The notes below the pieces were generated by a model, which ran no database searches, was not told the DNA's origin, and saw only the letters and a program-made list of their open reading frames with translations. From a virus (lineage: Duplodnaviria > Caudoviricetes), in IMG/VR virus record IMGVR_UViG_3300017911_002356, positions 1 to 30,536 of that record: a stretch of DNA of 30,536 bases. One strand, written 5' to 3'. Below, one piece after another: positions 26,410 through 30,536 of the stretch (position 1 is the stretch's first letter; each line of letters starts with the position of its first letter). The position numbers and the translations under genes are program-made.

Positions 26410-26894
26410 TGTATAAACCAGGATATCGAACTTCCGAATTCTGGTTTACGTTAGTTAGTTTTATATTTAGCGCACTTTTTTTAATTGGTGTTATTAAAGA
26501 AGATCAGACTAAAGAAGAATTAATAAGTATAGTTTCGCATGGCGTTGAAAGTATAATCTTAATAGGTGGTCAAGTATTAATTTTTTATCGCTACATTAAA
26601 AGTCGAGACAAATATAAATATGAATATAGTAAAGAAAAACAAGAAGAATATGATAGCATAGGAAAAGAGCTAGAAGATTATGTTGGGGTTGACAAGTCAT
26701 ATGATCAGATTAATATAAATGAAGCGACTATTGGTGAACTCATACAACTGCCACATATAGGTCCATCATTAGCAAAAAAAATCATTGATTATAGAAATGA
26801 AAATGGCGATTTTGAGAATATAGAAGATATATCTTTGATTAATGGCATAGGACAAACAATATATAAAGATATTAAACATCATATTTGTACATAG
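26409..26894 (+). CDS. Two-TM protein fused to a ComEA-like helix-hairpin-helix DNA-binding domain
   Basis: 'KPGYRTSEFW' plus two hydrophobic helices; 'ININEAT..EL.QLPHIGPSLAKKIIDYRNENGDF.NIEDI..INGIG'. Confidence 0.85.
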   Translation: MYKPGYRTSEFWFTLVSFIFSALFLIGVIKEDQTKEELISIVSHGVESIILIGGQVLIFYRYIKSRDKYKYEYSKEKQEEYDSIGKELEDYVGVDKSYDQININEATIGELIQLPHIGPSLAKKIIDYRNENGDFENIEDISLINGIGQTIYKDIKHHICT

Positions 26895-26904
26895 GGAATA
26901 TTAA

Positions 26905-27351
26905 ATGAATACAGAAGAATTAATTAAGCAAGAAATCAATGACCTCATTGCTAAGAGTAAAGAATCTCTAGGAGAAGTAAAAAGTTTTGCTATAGGTGAG
27001 GCATGGAAGATTCTACAATTCTTAACTGCTGCTGTTATACAAATTATAGAAAAAATCGGTACTGATCTTGCTGGCCCAGAAAAAAAGAAAATAGCCATGG
27101 AATTAATTGATGAATTTTATGATACTATTTTTAGTGTCATTGATTTGCCATTTTTACCTAGTCCTATAGAATCAATTTTACATAGCTATATTAAAAAGAT
27201 ATTAATGCTTCTTGTAGACTCTGCTATTGACGCTATGGTAGCAACATTTAGAGATATTGGGGTGTTTAAAGTTGTAACAATAGCTGCAACGCAAGATAGT
27301 ATTACAAATGACTTTATTAAAAACTTAAACAATACAGTGAGGTTAAAATGA
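26905..27351 (+). CDS. Hypothetical helical protein
   Basis: 148 aa; 'GPEKKKIAMELI..FYD...IDLPFLP..IE'. Confidence 0.7.
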   Translation: MNTEELIKQEINDLIAKSKESLGEVKSFAIGEAWKILQFLTAAVIQIIEKIGTDLAGPEKKKIAMELIDEFYDTIFSVIDLPFLPSPIESILHSYIKKILMLLVDSAIDAMVATFRDIGVFKVVTIAATQDSITNDFIKNLNNTVRLK

Positions 27352-27701
27352 ATTTTTCATTAGATAATTTCGGAGCAGGTATTCAAACTATGGATGTTGT
27401 GTTATATGCTGGAGTAGCACTAATTGTTTATGTTTTATTTCAAGAAAAAATCCATCAACTACTAGATCAAGTAAAAGATAAATTAAAGAATGTAAAAGCT
27501 CCAGAATTGCCATCCATTGATACTGGGATTTTTGATGATCAAGAACCAGAAACACAAGATGATGTCTTTTTTCAATTAATTATGAGCTGGAAACAAACTC
27601 GAGATTTAGCAGAACAATATGGTGCAGACAAAGCTGTTGCTATTGCTGATCAGATGTTTCCTCATTTAGTACCAAAGGACTATAACAATGAAACTGAATA
27701 A
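27348..27701 (+). CDS. Hypothetical membrane protein
   Basis: TM 'VVLYAGVALIVYVLF'; ATGA overlap, GAGG RBS. Confidence 0.7.
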   Translation: MNFSLDNFGAGIQTMDVVLYAGVALIVYVLFQEKIHQLLDQVKDKLKNVKAPELPSIDTGIFDDQEPETQDDVFFQLIMSWKQTRDLAEQYGADKAVAIADQMFPHLVPKDYNNETE

Positions 27702-28173
27702 GCTATTAATACTGGGTATAGCTTTAATAGGCTTTTCCCTATATAGTAACGGCAGCGTTTCACTTCCGAATTTTGTTAATACTCAAGTCTGTGATTCATT
27801 GGTCATCGAAAAACCAAATGATGAGTTGCTATCACTAGTTGAACCTGTTACAGATGCATTAAAAAATGGTAGCGAAGATAGAAAACAAGATGGTGTTAGA
27901 TTAGCAAAGCTCTATAGAGATATGTCTCTTTTGATTTCTGTTGATGAAGATATTCTAAAAACAACAGAAGCTATTAGACAGGCAAATGTACTATCTGCAA
28001 AAATCTTAAAAATTGATCTAAGAGGTAAATATGAAGGCTTATCTGAAGCTGCCGATAACCTATTCAAAAATTATGTATCGTCAGATGCCGTAACTCTTGA
28101 TGCTGAACTAAGACAAAAATCTAGTGATGCATTTTTGGCTTTGGCCTGGGGCTTTTTAGAGGGTAGTAAATAA
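27688..28173 (+). CDS. Hypothetical exported/membrane-anchored protein
   Basis: Signal-like N-terminus MKLNKLLILGIALIGFSLY. Confidence 0.7.
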   Translation: MKLNKLLILGIALIGFSLYSNGSVSLPNFVNTQVCDSLVIEKPNDELLSLVEPVTDALKNGSEDRKQDGVRLAKLYRDMSLLISVDEDILKTTEAIRQANVLSAKILKIDLRGKYEGLSEAADNLFKNYVSSDAVTLDAELRQKSSDAFLALAWGFLEGSK

Positions 28174-29099
28174 TGCCAAGAATGACTCCAGAACAACTCT
28201 ATAATGAATATCGAAAAGGCTTTAGTGGATGTCTCTGGGAGCCACATGTATATGAAGAACTAATCGCTACAAGTAAATATGCTTATTTCAAAGATGGAGC
28301 AAAGCGTATTAAAAACAGTGGCAAAGGTAAATTATCAACACCTTTCAAATCAGTATTGAAATTTGATCAGAACGCTTATATAGAGAGACAAACCACAGGG
28401 GACTGTGTTTCCCACGCTACTCGCAACGGGTGTGATGTAACAAGAGCAGTAGAAATTGATATTAAAGGAGATAAAGAAAGCTGGATTGCTAGAGGTGCCA
28501 CAGAAGCAATCTATGGTTGTAGAGGTCATGGTGGACAAGGCATGAGTTGTAGTAGAGCTGCTACATTTGTGAGCCAAACTGGTGGTGTTCTTGTTCGTAA
28601 AAACTATCCTGGAGTAGCAGACTTTAGTAAATATAATGGGAATATGGGTGCTAAGTGGGGATCTAGAGGATTACCAGATAGTGTAATAGATGAAGCAGAC
28701 AATCACCAAATCCGTACTGTATCATTAATTAGAACAGTTGAAGAAGCCAGAGATGCTTTAGCCAATGGTTATGGTTTAAGTGTATGCTCTGGTTATGGAT
28801 TTTCTAATCGTAGGGATAGCAAGGGATTTGCGCGAAAAAGTGGGTCATGGGCCCACGCAATGGCATGGACGGCTTGTGACGATACCAACGGAGAGCCTGC
28901 CTTTCTTGTCCAAAATAGCTGGGGTAAATGGAATGATGGAGGCCATCCAGAATGGGGGCCTATCCCAGACGGTTCTTTTTTAATACACGCAGATGTAGCA
29001 GAAGGTATGTTGAGGCAGAATGGAGCGTATGCCTTTAGTGATTTTAATGGATTTCCACCACAAAAACTTCCAGATTATGGATTTGGAGAATACTTATGA
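28173..29099 (+). CDS. Papain-like cysteine peptidase (C1)
   Basis: QTTGDCVSHA (Gln/Cys), WAHAM (His), VQNSWG (Asn). Confidence 0.85.
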   Translation: MPRMTPEQLYNEYRKGFSGCLWEPHVYEELIATSKYAYFKDGAKRIKNSGKGKLSTPFKSVLKFDQNAYIERQTTGDCVSHATRNGCDVTRAVEIDIKGDKESWIARGATEAIYGCRGHGGQGMSCSRAATFVSQTGGVLVRKNYPGVADFSKYNGNMGAKWGSRGLPDSVIDEADNHQIRTVSLIRTVEEARDALANGYGLSVCSGYGFSNRRDSKGFARKSGSWAHAMAWTACDDTNGEPAFLVQNSWGKWNDGGHPEWGPIPDGSFLIHADVAEGMLRQNGAYAFSDFNGFPPQKLPDYGFGEYL

Positions 29100-29251
29100 A
29101 GCTCTTAGATAAAATAGCACTTAATTCATTAATCAAAACAATCAGTAATTTTATCCTCTCTCTGATCAAGATTTTAAGTCCTAGCCAGAGCGTAGACAAG
29201 CCTAGAAGAAGACCTTTGAAAGATATTCTAGATAGGTGGAAAAACAAATGA
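29096..29251 (+). CDS. Small amphipathic protein (51 aa; not in ORF track)
   Basis: ATGA overlaps at both ends, GGAG upstream; MKLLDKIALNSLIKTISNFILSLIKILSPSQSVDKPRRRPLKDILDRWKNK. Confidence 0.7.
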   Translation: MKLLDKIALNSLIKTISNFILSLIKILSPSQSVDKPRRRPLKDILDRWKNK

Positions 29252-29541
29252 AAACTATCACATCGTTAATCTTGTTTGCTGTGGTACTTAATTCTATTAA
29301 TTACGCAGATATTTCAACCACAGCAGGAGTATGTCTTGTTGGGGGTTCTATCAAATCAGAAAGCGATATTATAGTAGAAAAATATAAAAGAAAAGACTGC
29401 CCAGTATGCAAAGGAAAAGGTTGGTATATTAGTGGCGATGGTATAGCAAAAGTAGACTGTGGCTATTGTGAACCAGAAGACGGTAAATCTGCTGAAGAAA
29501 ATCAACGAGATAACTGTAAAACTGAAGTTATCAAAGGCTAA
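29248..29541 (+). CDS. Exported protein with CxxCxGxG zinc-finger-like motif
   Basis: Signal peptide MKTITSLILFAVVL; CPVCKGKG...CGYC. Confidence 0.7.
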   Translation: MKTITSLILFAVVLNSINYADISTTAGVCLVGGSIKSESDIIVEKYKRKDCPVCKGKGWYISGDGIAKVDCGYCEPEDGKSAEENQRDNCKTEVIKG

Positions 29542-30389
29542 TGTTAGAGTTTATTTGTTCATATTTCAACTTTAGCAATTCTTCTAAAATTAAAACAAAT
29601 TACATTGAGTTTAGAAAAAATTTTCCTTTTGATATTACAACAGTTGAAGTGGCATTGCCAGATCAGCAATTTTTTATAGACGACAGTATCAAAATTAGAG
29701 CTGATTATTCTAATGTTTTATGGCAAAAAGAAAGATGTCTTAATATAGCCATAGAAAATCTTAAATCACACACTGATAGTATAGCTTGGATTGATACAGA
29801 TATTATTTTTTCAAATAACAATCTTATTGAAGATACTAACAAGGCATTGAATAGATATAAAGTGGTGCAGTTGTTTGACAAATGTTTTGAAAGACCTACC
29901 GTTAATCCATATCATAATAATATTAGTCTTGGCAAAAAAATAGTTGATAACATAGATATTAAGTTCCCTGCTATTGGTTTCTGTTGGGCATTTAGAAGAG
30001 ACATACTAATAGAAGATAGGTTATATGATTTGGATCCTGTTGGAAATTCTGATGTTCTTCAAATGCTAACATGGATGGGGACATGGAACCATAAAACTAT
30101 TATAAACCTAAATTCTGGATACAGAAAAGAATTTTTACTATGGGCATGGAACAGTTATGAGAAAGTACAAGGAGATATTGGATATGTTCCTGGAACTATA
30201 GAACATCTATATCATGGTGATCAGTATTATAGACAATATCACAAAAGGAATGATATTTTGATAAGAAATAATTTTTTACCATCCAGAGACTTAAGAATAG
30301 ATCAAAATGGTCTATACTCAATACCATACAAACCTTCCATAATCTCCGACATAAAAGAATACCTAGACATCCGTGCAAAACACGAATAA
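29541..30389 (+). CDS. Glycosyltransferase-like protein (GT-A, DxD)
   Basis: 'LWQKERCLNIA', 'AWIDTDIIF', 'GFCWAFRR', 'HLYHG'. Confidence 0.65.
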   Translation: MLEFICSYFNFSNSSKIKTNYIEFRKNFPFDITTVEVALPDQQFFIDDSIKIRADYSNVLWQKERCLNIAIENLKSHTDSIAWIDTDIIFSNNNLIEDTNKALNRYKVVQLFDKCFERPTVNPYHNNISLGKKIVDNIDIKFPAIGFCWAFRRDILIEDRLYDLDPVGNSDVLQMLTWMGTWNHKTIINLNSGYRKEFLLWAWNSYEKVQGDIGYVPGTIEHLYHGDQYYRQYHKRNDILIRNNFLPSRDLRIDQNGLYSIPYKPSIISDIKEYLDIRAKHE

Positions 30390-30390
30390 T

Positions 30391-30400
30391 GGTGTATTAT
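30391..30400 (+). promoter_or_regulatory. GGTGTA motif, candidate phage-specific promoter
   Basis: Intergenic GGTGTATTAT, 44 nt before ATG 30435. Confidence 0.5.
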
Positions 30401-30434
30401 GTATCAGCAATAATACCATTTAAAAGGGTGTAAT

Positions 30435-30536
30435 ATGACTAAATTAGAATTAATAGGCCACAAGATTTTATCCAAAACTTCGATAAAACCAGAACAAAAA
30501 TTCGGCAGTGTCATTGCATTATTAATGGTGATAAGC
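30435..30536 (+). CDS. Hypothetical protein, 3' truncated by window edge
   Basis: ATG after AAGGGTG; open to the end: MTKLELIGHKILSKTSIKPEQKFGSVIALLMVIS. Confidence 0.6.
   Translation, partial: MTKLELIGHKILSKTSIKPEQKFGSVIALLMVIS

Noticed and set aside
9852-30378. All other minus-strand ORFs in the track
   Set aside because: Antisense to convincing + strand genes, short, and without recognisable domains
30427-30432. Second GGTGTA near the window end
   Set aside because: Lies within 10 nt of ATG 30435 and is better explained as the ribosome-binding site
1-30536. CRISPR array, integrase, transposase, reverse transcriptase/DGR, intron or intein
   Set aside because: No repeat-spacer array, no such protein motifs, and no oversized insertions in RuvB, ClpP or rII were seen

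Overview
This window is a 30.5-kb, AT-rich, densely packed segment with all credible genes on the + strand, many joined by ATGA/TAATG overlaps. It reads as part of a large tailed-phage genome. It carries rIIA/rIIB, RuvB, endonuclease VII, HNH, a sigma-70-like factor, ClpP, tRNA-Leu(UAA), virion/tail-fibre-like genes, four protease families (S1, S8, S14, C1) and a ~6.3-kb glycan synthesis/modification locus centred on an aldolase-KdsB fusion. The genetic code is standard (TAA, TAG and TGA all end genes). A lipoprotein of a type typical of Planctomycetes suggests that host phylum (inference). The most notable observations are: (1) near-absence of TTA codons in rIIA/rIIB and the gene before the tRNA, versus heavy TTA use elsewhere, together with a phage tRNA-Leu(UAA), suggesting a bldA-like translational switch; (2) a ~46-nt mini-tRNA-like element after rIIB; (3) a recurrent intergenic GGTGTA motif, a candidate phage-sigma promoter; (4) a possible ulosonic-acid glycosylation pathway; (5) a DeoC-like protein lacking its catalytic lysine; (6) a macro-domain gene split by one in-frame TAA. 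All family calls come from motif recognition by eye; no database searches were run.
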